Virus record (IMG/VR): IMGVR_UViG_2872355237_000003 | Direction: 5' to 3' (one strand) | DNA length: 64,000 nucleotides | Origin: a virus | Taxonomy: Duplodnaviria; Caudoviricetes | Shown: one piece after another, positions 10,953 through 20,381 of the stretch | Position numbering within the stretch: the stretch's first letter is position 1 | Layout: every line of letters starts with the position of its first letter | Notes under the pieces: generated by a model | The model's input: the letters and a program-made list of their open reading frames with translations, nothing else | Databases searched by the model: none | Told to the model about the DNA's origin: nothing | Made by a program: the position numbers and the translations under genes

Positions 10953-11015
10953 AAAATCATTGATATACAAGGGTTTTAGAAGTGTAAAAACACGATAAAA
11001 CTCACATTTTATATA
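10953..11015 (+). repeat. 63-bp dispersed repeat, copy A (contains ATAAAA-N6-TTTTAT at 10995-11012)
   Basis: Colinear with 36495-36557; 49/63 identical by manual alignment. Confidence 0.75.
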
Positions 11016-11187
11016 TTTGTACTAATTAATTAAAAACATTAATAGGAACGATTGCGAACCAAAGATAATGATAGAAATACTTGTAATTATGTATATAAAA
11101 ATATACAAGCAAAGTACACTATAGATAAAGGAGAAAAAATAAAAACTTACTTAAAAATTACTAATTAAAAGTAAGTTCCTAATAAAT

Positions 11188-11925
11188 CTATTTATTTAAT
11201 GTTGACGTTTTGATGCTAATATATTTTAAACACCTATTTATATTATTTAACAAGTTATCAACCAAAATATAATACTGTTTATTCATATCAGAGGTTTTAG
11301 ATGGAACAACTTTGCTCGAATATAAAATAATCATAGAAATGACTGATACAACCAGTACAAGCCAATATTTAAAATTTATGGATTTAATCTCGCTTAAATT
11401 AGATAGATCAGCTTGAGATTTATATATTACATCTCCATCAAATTTACTAAGATTATCTTCTACATAATTACAAAAGTCATTTATTGAGCTTGGTAAAACG
11501 TTTTCAACGCATACAAATGTGTTTAGACTAGAAGGTACATCTATAGCAGATATTTTACTTGTTATATCATTCAATTGATTCATATAAGATTGTAGTGCCT
11601 GAGAATTTTTAATAGGTTTCGCTTGAAGTTCAAGTAGATTTTTATTACATATATTAATTTTGGATTGTAAATTAAATAATGGTCTATAAAATTTTAAATC
11701 AACTGATGATCTTATATTATTTTTTAAATTAAACCATTTATATGATAAATCTATATTGAATGTATTTTCTAATCTAGCAAAAGCATCAATGATACTAGAG
11801 TAAAGCCTAGATTGAAAATTAGACATTTTCATAAGATATATATTTGATTGTAATGGTGTTACTGAGTCATTTACATTATTAATGGGTTTATTTTTATGTT
11901 TTTTAATAGGATAAATAGCCTCCAT
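11188..11925 (-). CDS. hypothetical protein with C-terminal transmembrane helix (moron-like)
   Basis: 245-aa ORF opposite to the surrounding genes; RBS GGGAGTG; hydrophobic YWLVLVVSVISMIILY. Confidence 0.6.
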   Translation of the reverse strand: MEAIYPIKKHKNKPINNVNDSVTPLQSNIYLMKMSNFQSRLYSSIIDAFARLENTFNIDLSYKWFNLKNNIRSSVDLKFYRPLFNLQSKINICNKNLLELQAKPIKNSQALQSYMNQLNDITSKISAIDVPSSLNTFVCVENVLPSSINDFCNYVEDNLSKFDGDVIYKSQADLSNLSEIKSINFKYWLVLVVSVISMIILYSSKVVPSKTSDMNKQYYILVDNLLNNINRCLKYISIKTSTLNK

Positions 11926-11949
11926 GAAATCACTCCCTTCATTGATATT

Positions 11950-11978
11950 ATTGTACTATAAATGAATAATATATACAA
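11950..11978 (-). promoter_or_regulatory. sigma-A-like promoter for 11188..11925
   Basis: Minus-strand TTGTAT-17 bp-TACAAT. Confidence 0.45.
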
Positions 11979-12116
11979 TAAAATACAATAAAATTTACAA
12001 TTTAAGCCAATGCAAGATACGTTATAATTTTTAAAAGCTGATAAATGTAAAGTTAACAGTGTAAAAATAATTTATAAAAGAATGTAAAATATATAAAAAT
12101 TAATTAAAATAAATAG

Positions 12117-12145
12117 TTGACATTTCAAAATTAACATGATAACAT
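12117..12145 (+). promoter_or_regulatory. sigma-A promoter
   Basis: TTGACA-17 bp-TAACAT, with TG upstream of the -10. Confidence 0.55.
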
Positions 12146-12234
12146 ATAAACATACCAAAGATAACCAAGCAAACAAACGAAAGATATTAAGATGAGATTA
12201 AAATATAATAATGAAGAAAGAAGGAAGGACTAGT

Positions 12235-12399
12235 ATGTTAAATAGTCAAGTAATAAGAATATCAAATGGATTAGTAGCTTATAATCATTTTACCGACATC
12301 GGTCAAATGATAGGCTATATAAAGGACATTAGATATAATTGTCCAAAGGATACTTTAATAGTGATTAACGAAAATATTCATCAAATAGGATTTGTTTAA
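12235..12399 (+). CDS. small hypothetical protein
   Basis: ORF with RBS AAGGA before ATG 12235. Confidence 0.5.
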   Translation: MLNSQVIRISNGLVAYNHFTDIGQMIGYIKDIRYNCPKDTLIVINENIHQIGFV

Positions 12400-12449
12400 A
12401 ACAATAAAAAATAAATTAAAATATAAAAAAGAAGAAAGAAGGTGTTAAC

Positions 12450-12746
12450 ATACCATATGAAATAATTAATTACATATATGAAGCTACGAAAGATTGGCAA
12501 GAAACATTTTCAATAGTAAATGAATTTATAAATCACATAGAATGTTATCATGCAAGCGATTTAGTAAAGCAATTCAAAGAACAATTAGAAGTAATATCTC
12601 AACAAAATAATATATGTCCAAACTGTGGAGGAGATATAATAGTTAAAGAAGGTAAACAAAGTTATTTATCTGAAGCGTGGGGTAGGGATATATACGAAAG
12701 AGAATCAGTTAAGAAATGTAGTAATTGTGACTGGAAAGAAGACTAA
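12450..12746 (+). CDS. zinc-ribbon protein, probable ATA start (not in the ORF track)
   Basis: RBS GAAGGTG followed by ATA; 98 open codons containing CPNC and CSNC; no in-frame ATG, GTG or TTG near the RBS. Confidence 0.6.
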   Translation: MPYEIINYIYEATKDWQETFSIVNEFINHIECYHASDLVKQFKEQLEVISQQNNICPNCGGDIIVKEGKQSYLSEAWGRDIYERESVKKCSNCDWKED

Positions 12747-12789
12747 ATATAATCATAATAAATTAAAATACATATAAAGAGGTGGTTAT

Positions 12790-13533
12790 TTGCTAAAACA
12801 AAAGTTACACATAATTACCAACAGTACAAAAACTAAGTTCTTATTGTTATTTGCAACTATTGGCGTATGTGTTGTAACTTCTGTACTTAGCATTGGCGAA
12901 AACGTGAATGTTGATGCAGATGTTATAAATGTCAGTAATGATAAGGTAATTAATATAAAAATTAAAGAGATTCTAAATTCAAATAAAATAATAATCAATA
13001 ATGCCATGATTGAAAATGAAAATTATAAGATAGAACAATTCGATGACATGGTTAATAATGCTCACAAACAAATAGATAAATTGGCAACAGAAAGGCAACA
13101 AGATACTCAGAAACAGAAACAATTAGAATTACAGCATGAAAATAAACAAGGTCAAAGTCAAGCAAGATTAAGTAGAAGTAGTAACAATCCATACCAAGGA
13201 AGAAGTTTTAATATTACAGCTAGTCATTATTCAGGTAGAGAGGAGGAGAATGGCAAAGGAAGAGCTTATAGAAACGCATTAGGAAAAGCACTAACATATC
13301 AAACTATAGCAGTACCTAGAAATATACCATTAGGTAGTTTAATAAAGCTAATAGATAATGAGGGTAACACTTATATCAAAATAGCACTTGATTATGGTAG
13401 TACAAAACATATTAGGTGGATTGATAGTAATACTATGAAAATAGATGTATGTAAGCCTTATGCAAGTAGAAAAGAAATAGACAACCTAGGAATCAAACAT
13501 TATAGAGGGGAGATTGTTAGATGGGGATTTTAA
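12790..13533 (+). CDS. secreted/membrane-anchored 3D-domain (RlpA-like barrel) cell-wall protein
   Basis: N-terminal hydrophobic segment and coiled-coil linker; C-terminal ITASHY...TIAVPRNIPLGS...ALDYG...IDV resembles 3D domains. Confidence 0.6.
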   Translation: MLKQKLHIITNSTKTKFLLLFATIGVCVVTSVLSIGENVNVDADVINVSNDKVINIKIKEILNSNKIIINNAMIENENYKIEQFDDMVNNAHKQIDKLATERQQDTQKQKQLELQHENKQGQSQARLSRSSNNPYQGRSFNITASHYSGREEENGKGRAYRNALGKALTYQTIAVPRNIPLGSLIKLIDNEGNTYIKIALDYGSTKHIRWIDSNTMKIDVCKPYASRKEIDNLGIKHYRGEIVRWGF

Positions 13534-13574
13534 ATAATATTAATATTATTAATTAATATAAAGGAGTTGATTGT

Positions 13575-13805
13575 TTGTTAGAAAATGTCAAGATTCAAGA
13601 TAGGGAAAAGTTAAAAATTCATCGTAAGAAATTAAAACAATTTCAAAAAGAAATGAGGTATGTAGATATGCAGAATATTGATGAATTACAAGAAGAATAT
13701 ATTAAATATATAACTGAACATAAACCTTATATGACATTAGAACAAATGGATACAGTAAGTGAAGTGTTTGAGTTTATAAGAAAAAAGCCTATACAAAGTA
13801 AATAG
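13575..13805 (+). CDS. hypothetical protein
   Basis: 76-aa ORF, TTG start after AAGGAG. Confidence 0.6.
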   Translation: MLENVKIQDREKLKIHRKKLKQFQKEMRYVDMQNIDELQEEYIKYITEHKPYMTLEQMDTVSEVFEFIRKKPIQSK

Positions 13806-13863
13806 TATATAAAAATATTTAACATATAAATAAATTAAATTAATTATTGAAAGGTGGAATTAC

Positions 13864-14079
13864 ATGATTAAAGTAATAGGAAATGAAGGATGCACATCTT
13901 GTCAAATGGTGAAATATTTGTTAGATAAAAAGAATATTGAGTATACATATGTATCATTGAGCAGTTTAAATGAAGACGAAAGAGTATCTATTGTAAAACA
14001 AGCTCAACTAAATAATATGGTTGACTTACCATTTATATTCAAAAATGGTAAACAAGTTGAAAAATCAGAAATACTATAA
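13864..14079 (+). CDS. nrdH: NrdH-like glutaredoxin
   Basis: 71 aa with CxxC (CTSC), K.LL..KNIEY and LP.I..NG motifs; immediately upstream of nrdG/nrdD. Confidence 0.75.
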   Translation: MIKVIGNEGCTSCQMVKYLLDKKNIEYTYVSLSSLNEDERVSIVKQAQLNNMVDLPFIFKNGKQVEKSEIL

Positions 14080-14091
14080 GGGCGTGATTGT

Positions 14092-14622
14092 ATGATTGAT
14101 GAAAATATATATGTAATTGTACAGAGTAGTATTAATGGTGATGGATTATATTATCCAGCTATATCAATTTATTTTAGTGGATGCGATAAACTTCATAAGT
14201 GTTTAAATTGTCATAATCCTGAAATGCAAAAACAACATTATGGGTTTAAAACAAATACTCAAGATTTAATAAAAGATATAGAACAAATAGTAACTTCATG
14301 GTTAAGAATGTATCCTACAATTGCAATATGTTATGTTGGGGGAGAATCTTTAGCCGAATGGAATAGAAATGCTACATTAAATATCTCAAAATATTTTAAA
14401 ACAAAATATGATATGAAAATTCAGAATATAGTTTACTCATGGAGATACTTAGAAGATTTACAAGTGGTAAAAAAATATATAAAATATATGGATTTAGGTG
14501 TATTAGGAGAATTTAGACAAGAATTATTTCAGGAAAATCATGTACCTGCATCATCAAATCAATATATATATGATTTTAAAAATAACAAAAAAATAAAAGA
14601 CATTATCAAGGAGGATAAATAA
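14092..14622 (+). CDS. nrdG: anaerobic ribonucleotide reductase activase (radical SAM)
   Basis: IYFSGC..C..CHNP (Cx5Cx2C), GGE, G.F.QE and SSNQ motifs. Confidence 0.85.
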   Translation: MIDENIYVIVQSSINGDGLYYPAISIYFSGCDKLHKCLNCHNPEMQKQHYGFKTNTQDLIKDIEQIVTSWLRMYPTIAICYVGGESLAEWNRNATLNISKYFKTKYDMKIQNIVYSWRYLEDLQVVKKYIKYMDLGVLGEFRQELFQENHVPASSNQYIYDFKNNKKIKDIIKEDK

Positions 14623-14625
14623 TAT

Positions 14626-16575
14626 ATGAATATTGAAATTACATTAAATAAAGGATTTGAAACTAAATTAGAGGAATTAAGAGCAAAATACGGTGAAGAT
14701 ATGTTTGAAATAGAAGGATTAGGTAAGAAACAGCTTAATACAACATTATTCTTCGATAAATTTATGAATAGCAATAATGTGGCAAATGCTTCTATTGATG
14801 ATAATAGTAATGTATCAGATAAAAATATGACTATAATGCTTAGTGAAAGTAGAAAACCACTAAACAAATTGTTATCAAGAAATAAATTATACATAGAAAT
14901 GGAAGAGAAGTTTGGTAAAGAAATAGCAGATATGTGGCTAGAATTACAAATTAATGGTGCTTTATATGAACACGATGCGCATGATAGCTCTTTAAAGCCT
15001 TATTGCTATGCGTATTCTTTAAAACCTGTTGTAGATAGAGGATTATATTTCATTAAAGATATGAAAGCAAAACCTGCTGAACATTTAGATACATATGATA
15101 GTCATGTTTTAGAATTTGTAGCTTATGCTACTAATTTACAAAGCGGAGCAGTTGGAATACCTGATTATCTAATATATGCCTTCTATTTTTGGAAAAAAGA
15201 CATTGAAAATGGGGTTATTACAAAAGAACAAGCTAATAAATATAGAGAACAACATTGGCAAAAAATATTGTTTAGTTTAAACCAACCTTATTTAAAAGGT
15301 GGAGAACAGAGTGCTTATACTAATTTCAGTATATTAGATAAAGAACATATCTTAGGGTTCTTTGGTATGGAAAAATTCCCAGATAACACATTAATCATCG
15401 ATTATATAGATGAGATTATACAGTACCAAAAAGACTTTTTAGACTATGAGAAAAAATTAAGATATGAAAAATTCTTTACTTTTCCCGTGATATCAGCTTC
15501 TTTGTTATACAAAAATGAAAAGTATGTAGATGAGGATATGGCGAGATTCATTAATAAGCATAATATGACATGGCAAGATGTAAATATATATAATGCTTCA
15601 AGTGTAGACGCATTAGCGTCATGTTGTCGCTTAACTTCGTCAAGTAAGGACATCTCAGAAGGTAAAGAAGAAGTTACCGAATTAAATGGTCACTTTAATT
15701 CAATAGGAGGATCGTCTCTTTCAATAGGTAGTTGTAAGGTTAACACTATTAATATGGTAAGAATTGCATTGGAGTGCAATGGTGATTTTAATAAATTTAA
15801 AAGCATATTAAAACAAAGGGTGGATATTTCTCATAAATATTTAAAAGTACAAAGAGATGTAATAGTTAAAAATATTAAGAAGAATTTATTACCTCTATAC
15901 TCACATGGGTTAATGGATATGAACAATCAATTTTCTACTATTGGTATTAATGGTATGTTCGAGGCTATTAAAGTATTAGGAGGAATAAATATTACAGCTA
16001 CAGGAGTACATTATACAAACAATGGATTATCTATGGCAAAAGAAATACTAGAAACAATTGGAGAAATGAATAAGATAACAAGAAAAAAATATGGATACAA
16101 TGCGAACATAGAACAAATACCTGCTGAAAGTGCTAGTATTAAGCTTTGTAAAAAAGACAAGATATTATTTGGTGATAAGGTAAGTACATATATTTACGGT
16201 AATCAATGGGTACCATTAAATGTTCAGTCTGATATAACGGAAAGAGTTAAAGTTGCTTCCGTGTTGGATAAAGCTTGTGGTGGAGGAGTAATGCTACATA
16301 TTAATTTAGGAGAAAGGTTTAAAGATGAAGAACAAAGTTGGAGAATGATGAACTATTTAGCAAAACAAGGTGTTGTATATTTTAGCTTTATTATGAGGAT
16401 AAATGTTTGTAAAAATGACCATAGTTTCTATGGTGACATATGTCCTATAGACCATGAGCCAGTATCAGATTCATATATAAAAATAGTAGGCTATTTAATG
16501 AAACAAAGTTCTTATAAGTCAGAGAGAGCAAGGGAGATGGACGAAAGAAAATTTTATAATAATTATAATATATAA
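14626..16575 (+). CDS. nrdD: class III (anaerobic) ribonucleotide reductase, no ATP cone
   Basis: HD...PYC, FTFPV, SCCRL finger loop, TIN, STIG, P.ES and C-terminal glycyl-radical loop IVGY. Confidence 0.9.
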   Translation: MNIEITLNKGFETKLEELRAKYGEDMFEIEGLGKKQLNTTLFFDKFMNSNNVANASIDDNSNVSDKNMTIMLSESRKPLNKLLSRNKLYIEMEEKFGKEIADMWLELQINGALYEHDAHDSSLKPYCYAYSLKPVVDRGLYFIKDMKAKPAEHLDTYDSHVLEFVAYATNLQSGAVGIPDYLIYAFYFWKKDIENGVITKEQANKYREQHWQKILFSLNQPYLKGGEQSAYTNFSILDKEHILGFFGMEKFPDNTLIIDYIDEIIQYQKDFLDYEKKLRYEKFFTFPVISASLLYKNEKYVDEDMARFINKHNMTWQDVNIYNASSVDALASCCRLTSSSKDISEGKEEVTELNGHFNSIGGSSLSIGSCKVNTINMVRIALECNGDFNKFKSILKQRVDISHKYLKVQRDVIVKNIKKNLLPLYSHGLMDMNNQFSTIGINGMFEAIKVLGGINITATGVHYTNNGLSMAKEILETIGEMNKITRKKYGYNANIEQIPAESASIKLCKKDKILFGDKVSTYIYGNQWVPLNVQSDITERVKVASVLDKACGGGVMLHINLGERFKDEEQSWRMMNYLAKQGVVYFSFIMRINVCKNDHSFYGDICPIDHEPVSDSYIKIVGYLMKQSSYKSERAREMDERKFYNNYNI

Positions 16576-16643
16576 AATTAAATTAAAAAATAATAGTTGA
16601 ATCGTGTAAAATTGTGATTGTACTATTGAAAGGAGGGATATAT

Positions 16644-16835
16644 ATGATAAAAATTATAGAAAATGAAGATAAAATCATCGTTAAAAAAATTAGAGAAGGA
16701 TTAAAAAGAACAGGTGGTTATTGTCCATGTTCGTTAATACAAAATGAAGATACTAAATGTATGTGTAAAGAATTTAGAGATCAGCCTAATGAAGGATTCT
16801 GTCACTGTAAGTTATATAAAAAAGTTTCAATCTAA
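16644..16835 (+). CDS. ferredoxin:thioredoxin reductase catalytic subunit-like protein
   Basis: GYCPC...CMC...GFCHCKLY triple-CxC signature; ATG 16644 after GGAGG. Confidence 0.8.
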   Translation: MIKIIENEDKIIVKKIREGLKRTGGYCPCSLIQNEDTKCMCKEFRDQPNEGFCHCKLYKKVSI

Positions 16836-16907
16836 AATACTTTATAGTATATTATTATTCTAAACAAAGTATTAAAATATATAAATTTGAAAGGTAGGAA
16901 TAAGATT

Positions 16908-17375
16908 ATGGAAAAGAAAATTAGAGGATTTGAAGTTGTTAGAGAAGATATGAGAAAGAATAAAAATGTAGAAATTAAGTTACCACAAAGAGGATCAAAA
17001 ATATCAGCAGGCTATGATTTTAGTACACCAATAGAAGTTACAATACAACCTAATGAATCTAATTTAATATGGACAGACGTTAAGGCTTATATGCAAGAAG
17101 GGGAAGTTTTAATAATAGATGTAAGAAGTTCTATAGGAGTTAAAAAAGGATTAATGTTAAGCAATACAATTGGCGTGATAGATGCCGACTACTACCAAAA
17201 CAAGGATAATGACGGCAATATAGGTATATCATTAAGGAATATATCAGACAAGCCTGTAACATTAGAAGCAGGAGAAAGAATAGCTCAAGGAATATTTATA
17301 CCATTCTTAGTAGCTGATAATGGGAATACAGATAAAATAAGAGAAGGTGGAATTGGTTCTACAGGAACTAAATAA
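16908..17375 (+). CDS. dut: trimeric dUTPase
   Basis: Motifs AGYD, RSS, GVIDADY, RIAQ and REGGIGSTG. Confidence 0.95.
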   Translation: MEKKIRGFEVVREDMRKNKNVEIKLPQRGSKISAGYDFSTPIEVTIQPNESNLIWTDVKAYMQEGEVLIIDVRSSIGVKKGLMLSNTIGVIDADYYQNKDNDGNIGISLRNISDKPVTLEAGERIAQGIFIPFLVADNGNTDKIREGGIGSTGTK

Positions 17376-17402
17376 TAAAAAATAGGGGGATATAATAAAA
17401 TT

Positions 17403-17582
17403 ATGACTAATACAAATATGCAATTACCAGTCGATATGACTACTGAAGAATATGAAATATTAATGGAGGTTTGCAAGGATATTCCTTGTAAATCTTCTAA
17501 AGACAAAGAAAGTAAAAAGATTGTACATAACAAAATTAATCAGGTGTATAGAGATAGCGTAATAAATAAATATTGGGATTAA
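17403..17582 (+). CDS. small hypothetical protein (59 aa)
   Basis: RBS AGGGGG, MTNTNMQLPV...KYWD*. Confidence 0.5.
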   Translation: MTNTNMQLPVDMTTEEYEILMEVCKDIPCKSSKDKESKKIVHNKINQVYRDSVINKYWD

Positions 17583-17616
17583 ATAAAATTAAATTAAAAT
17601 ATACATATATAAGTAA

Positions 17617-17634
17617 ATAAAATTCAGATTTTAT
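17617..17634. repeat. palindromic motif ATAAAA-N6-TTTTAT
   Basis: ATAAAA ttcaga TTTTAT, intergenic, upstream of the methyltransferase. Confidence 0.6.
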
Positions 17635-17679
17635 TAACAAATAGAATAAAACACAAATTAAAAATAAAAAAAGAAAGGA

Positions 17680-18498
17680 ATGATTAAGATGTCAAAAATT
17701 AAAAACGACAAATATTATACATCACCAAAATTAGCACAATACATAGTTAATAAAACAAAAGAGGTAATAGGAAAAGAGAATATTACTGAATATTTAGAAC
17801 CAAGTGCAGGAGCAGGAGCATTCTTAGATTATTTAGATAAGCCGTATTTAGCATATGATATTGAACCTGAAGATAAATTAAATAGAATTAAAAAGCAAGA
17901 TTATTTAGCTGTAGATTTAGAATATAAAAAAGGTAGATGCATTATGGGTAATCCTCCCTTTGGGACAAGAGGCTCTTTAGCAGTAAAATTTTTTAAAAAA
18001 GCAATTCATTTGTGTGATTATATAGCATTCATATTGCCTATTAGTCAACGTGACAACACGCAAAAAATGTATGAATTTGATTTAATATATAGCCAAGATT
18101 TAGGAATCAAGGAATATAGTGGAATAAATAAACATTGTTGTTTTAATATTTATAAAAGACCACAAGAGGGGTTACATAAATCACCACCGAAATATGATGA
18201 TTTAAAAGATATTAAAGTTGTTGAGGTTAGGCGTGGAAGTACAGACATACCACCTAAAGAGTATGATTTTGGTATGTGCACATGGGGTAATGGCAGTTGT
18301 GGTAAGCAAATAAAATTTCAAGGTCAGTATGCACAAGAACATTACATAATAGTTAAAAATAAGCGATTCAAAGAACAAGTCATAAAATTATGTAATGAAA
18401 CAGATTGGAAAAATTTATACCCATCTATATCTTCTGCCAAACTTCAAACATGGCAAATATATAAATACATAAAAGATCAAATACCAAAAATTAATTAA
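17680..18498 (+). CDS. amino-DNA methyltransferase (likely N6-adenine)
   Basis: DKYYT, SAM-binding EPSAGAGAF and catalytic GNPPF. Confidence 0.85.
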   Translation: MIKMSKIKNDKYYTSPKLAQYIVNKTKEVIGKENITEYLEPSAGAGAFLDYLDKPYLAYDIEPEDKLNRIKKQDYLAVDLEYKKGRCIMGNPPFGTRGSLAVKFFKKAIHLCDYIAFILPISQRDNTQKMYEFDLIYSQDLGIKEYSGINKHCCFNIYKRPQEGLHKSPPKYDDLKDIKVVEVRRGSTDIPPKEYDFGMCTWGNGSCGKQIKFQGQYAQEHYIIVKNKRFKEQVIKLCNETDWKNLYPSISSAKLQTWQIYKYIKDQIPKIN

Positions 18499-18602
18499 AA
18501 TAAATACATAAGGAAGGTTTATAAAAAATAGATATAGTTGTATGATAATTAGTTGTAATTGTGTATAATAAAACCAAAGAACACATTAGGAGAGATTGTC
18601 AT

Positions 18603-19919
18603 ATGAATTATAGAATATTAAGTTGTAGCACATTTATAGATAATTATTACATATGCTTAAATAAGCAAATAATAGGATTTGCAACTCACACAGGAGAAAC
18701 AGGGGACATAATATTTCTAGCTGTAAAAACTAAAAAATCTACTATGTGTGGGGCTAGAGTTACTGTACAACAAGAAACAGATGTCAAGCCTTGGCAAGAT
18801 GGAGAAAGATATGTTCAATGTTTCAAAATTAGTAATATAGAATATTGTACCCCATTTGATTTAAGTATCTTGAAGCAATTTAGTGAAAAAGGATGGGGTA
18901 TGAAGTTCATATTAGGATCAAACAAAATAAAAGAACAAGAGGCTATTGATTTACTAAACTCAACATTTGAGAAAAATAAGCGTGATTCTATGTACATATT
19001 TAAAGCGGATGAGTTAAGAAAGTCTAGGAAAAAGAAAGAGAATGGTATTTCTAGTAATATTAAAGAGGAAACATCACCAACAGTACAGGCAAAAGATAAG
19101 GATAGTAAAACATTAAATCAAACAAATATTACACAAACTGAACAAAACACTCAATTAGATATAATGGGAACTTTCCAAACTATCAATTTCATTAGTGAAC
19201 AACATGAGGTACAAGGATTAGAGACATTAGTTACTAAACACTTTTATAATTTATTTACTAAATATAGTGCGGATAACTCTATTCTTATATCTGATAATAG
19301 AAAATTCAGTACAGCTACTATTAAGGATGATAATGGGACAACCATTAATGGTATAAGTGGTATTCCAGATGCGTTATTAATTACATATAATAAGGACGAT
19401 TCTGTACCTTTACAAATTAGTCTTATTGAGTATGAGTGTTACGGTCAACAAAAGACTTCTATAAGACAAAAATCAGATTATTTAAATTGTCATATCATAC
19501 CTCAATTAATGAGATTTGCTTCAACATTCAGTATAGTTACGGATTATAAAATTCGAGAGAATACTATAAAATCATGGGTAAGTAAGATAAGTAATTATAT
19601 CTATAATGATGATGAATTGACTAAGAGAACTTCAAAGTGGATAAAAGAATTATACCCTGATATAAATGAAATGCAAATTGCACTAAGATTTAATGAAATA
19701 CTTAAACAAGCATTTGAAAATAGTATAAAAATTGTACTAATTATTGATGAACTAACTAATGAACAAAAGGATACTATAAAAAATATTATAGGAGCTTTTA
19801 AACTTAATAATAACTCTAAGAATAATAGTATTGAATTTGCTTCATATGTTGTTAGATTAGAACAAAAGGTTAATATAGTAGATGATAATGCTCAATATGC
19901 TTTATCTTATCAAGAGTAG
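18603..19919 (+). CDS. putative EVE/PUA-like domain + PD-(D/E)XK nuclease fusion
   Basis: N-terminal NYYIC..IIGF..GDIIFL..PW..Y pattern, low-complexity linker, C-terminal GLETLV...GIPDALL...LIEYE. Start ATG 18603 after AGGAG. Confidence 0.5.
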   Translation: MNYRILSCSTFIDNYYICLNKQIIGFATHTGETGDIIFLAVKTKKSTMCGARVTVQQETDVKPWQDGERYVQCFKISNIEYCTPFDLSILKQFSEKGWGMKFILGSNKIKEQEAIDLLNSTFEKNKRDSMYIFKADELRKSRKKKENGISSNIKEETSPTVQAKDKDSKTLNQTNITQTEQNTQLDIMGTFQTINFISEQHEVQGLETLVTKHFYNLFTKYSADNSILISDNRKFSTATIKDDNGTTINGISGIPDALLITYNKDDSVPLQISLIEYECYGQQKTSIRQKSDYLNCHIIPQLMRFASTFSIVTDYKIRENTIKSWVSKISNYIYNDDELTKRTSKWIKELYPDINEMQIALRFNEILKQAFENSIKIVLIIDELTNEQKDTIKNIIGAFKLNNNSKNNSIEFASYVVRLEQKVNIVDDNAQYALSYQE

Positions 19920-19938
19920 GCTTAATGCTTATTCTTGA
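19910..19938 (+). terminator. hairpin over the stop codon
   Basis: TCAAGAGTAGGC ttaat GCTTATTCTTGA. Confidence 0.45.
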
Positions 19939-19970
19939 TATTAACAAAATATAATTAAATTAAAAACTAC

Positions 19971-19988
19971 ATAAAATGTTAATTTTAA
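19971..19988. repeat. palindromic motif ATAAAA-N6-TTTTAT (1-mismatch copy)
   Basis: ATAAAA tgttaa TTTTAA, intergenic. Confidence 0.45.
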
Positions 19989-20005
19989 TTACAATAAAAC
20001 TACAT

Positions 20006-20051
20006 ACACCAATAAAACCTAACTAAAATTTCAGCTGGGTTTTATTGGTGT
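20006..20051 (+). terminator. intrinsic terminator-like hairpin
   Basis: ACACCAATAAAACC...GGTTTTATTGGTGT, 14-bp perfect arms, followed by TGTTT. Confidence 0.6.
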
Positions 20052-20381
20052 TGTTTAAAATATGTTTAGCTTATTATTTATTAATTAGTTAAAGAATTAA
20101 CTTATGAATTTCATATATATTTATTTTACATTGTGAATAGATATTTTGAAGTTATTCTTCTAATCCTTCACTTTCATATAAGGACTTTAATCTATCAGGT
20201 TCAGGTTTGGATGAAAATGCAATATATATTTTGTAAGCATTATATATTGATTACTATAAAATCATATAAAAGAGAAATTACAATAAATTACTTAGCTTTT
20301 AAATATACGAAATATCAAATAGATATGATAAAATAATTATTTAATATATAATATGGAATTTATTAATTAGGGGGATTTACT

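Noticed and set aside
3209-16575. Inteins or self-splicing introns in dnaE, recD2 or nrdD
   Set aside because: The ORFs are continuous and of normal length, with no intein C/S...HN-C/S/T boundaries or LAGLIDADG blocks noticed.
20133-20336. 67-aa ORF upstream of the HD gene
   Set aside because: GTG start with no RBS and no recognisable composition; probably spurious.
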